Shown one piece after another: positions 23,904-24,000 of a DNA stretch of 24,000 nucleotides. A program made the translations under genes and the position numbers. Source of the stretch: Desulfobacterales bacterium (GTDB taxonomy: Bacteria; Desulfobacterota; Desulfobacteria; Desulfobacterales; UBA11574); the NCBI GenBank assembly GCA_032127815.1, contig JAQBHK010000368.1, positions 7,779-31,778 on the forward strand, read 5' to 3'. Under the pieces are notes generated by a model. It was not told where the DNA came from and ran no database searches. It saw nothing but the letters and a program-made list of their open reading frames with translations. Position 1 is the first letter of the stretch. Each line of letters opens with the position of its first letter.

Positions 23904-24000
23904 ATGAAAAAAATGAGAAGGGCTGACAGAGAGATTACCGGCAAAGCAACAATCGAGGGGATCATCAGACGCAGCCGGGTCTGCCGGCTGGCGCTGGCAG
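23904..24000 (+). CDS. Partial N-terminus of a probable pyridoxamine 5'-phosphate oxidase-fold (NimA-like) protein
   Basis: My own translation is MKKMRRADREITGKATIEGIIRRSRVCRLALA, open to the window end. MRRADREI...I..I....V.RLA is a common N-terminus of this family. Only 32 aa are visible. Confidence 0.4.
   Translation, partial: MKKMRRADREITGKATIEGIIRRSRVCRLALA

Overview
This is a 24 kb chromosomal window. Gene content (hcp, DUF3786, DUF169, GS-I, Pqi/MMPL envelope genes) suggests a sulfate-reducer-like Deltaproteobacterium (Desulfobacterota); that assignment is inference only. Left part (1-7.3 kb): housekeeping and stress genes. These are glnA (partial, minus strand, absent from the ORF track because it is open at the window edge), serA, a DUF3786-OmpR-HAMP histidine kinase operon, and an exported MsrA-MsrB fusion with a Met-rich linker. 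Centre (7.8-12.2 kb): an accessory island of small same-strand modules. These are two vapBC pairs, a promoterless DUF169 gene, mazEF, a Phd-like antitoxin followed by an unknown 61-aa ORF, and a MaoC hotdog gene. Several modules are bounded by bulged GC-rich hairpins with RYYYAAC / GTTRRRY-like ends. I read these as integron-type attC sites without an integrase in the window (CALIN-like), but this needs a covariance-model check. Right part: hcp, then a tightly coupled five-gene operon pqiA-pqiB-pqiC-LolA-like-MMPL/RND exporter. The exporter carries a C-terminal cyclic-nucleotide-binding domain. This operon is my best candidate for an undescribed system: a second-messenger-gated envelope lipid-trafficking machine. 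After it come pilD (minus strand), an MBL-fold hydrolase and a partial PNPOx-like gene. Intergenic regions hold a family of roughly 200-265 bp MITE-like elements whose terminal inverted repeats are built from phased short tandem repeats. I recognised no rRNA, tRNA or CRISPR array.
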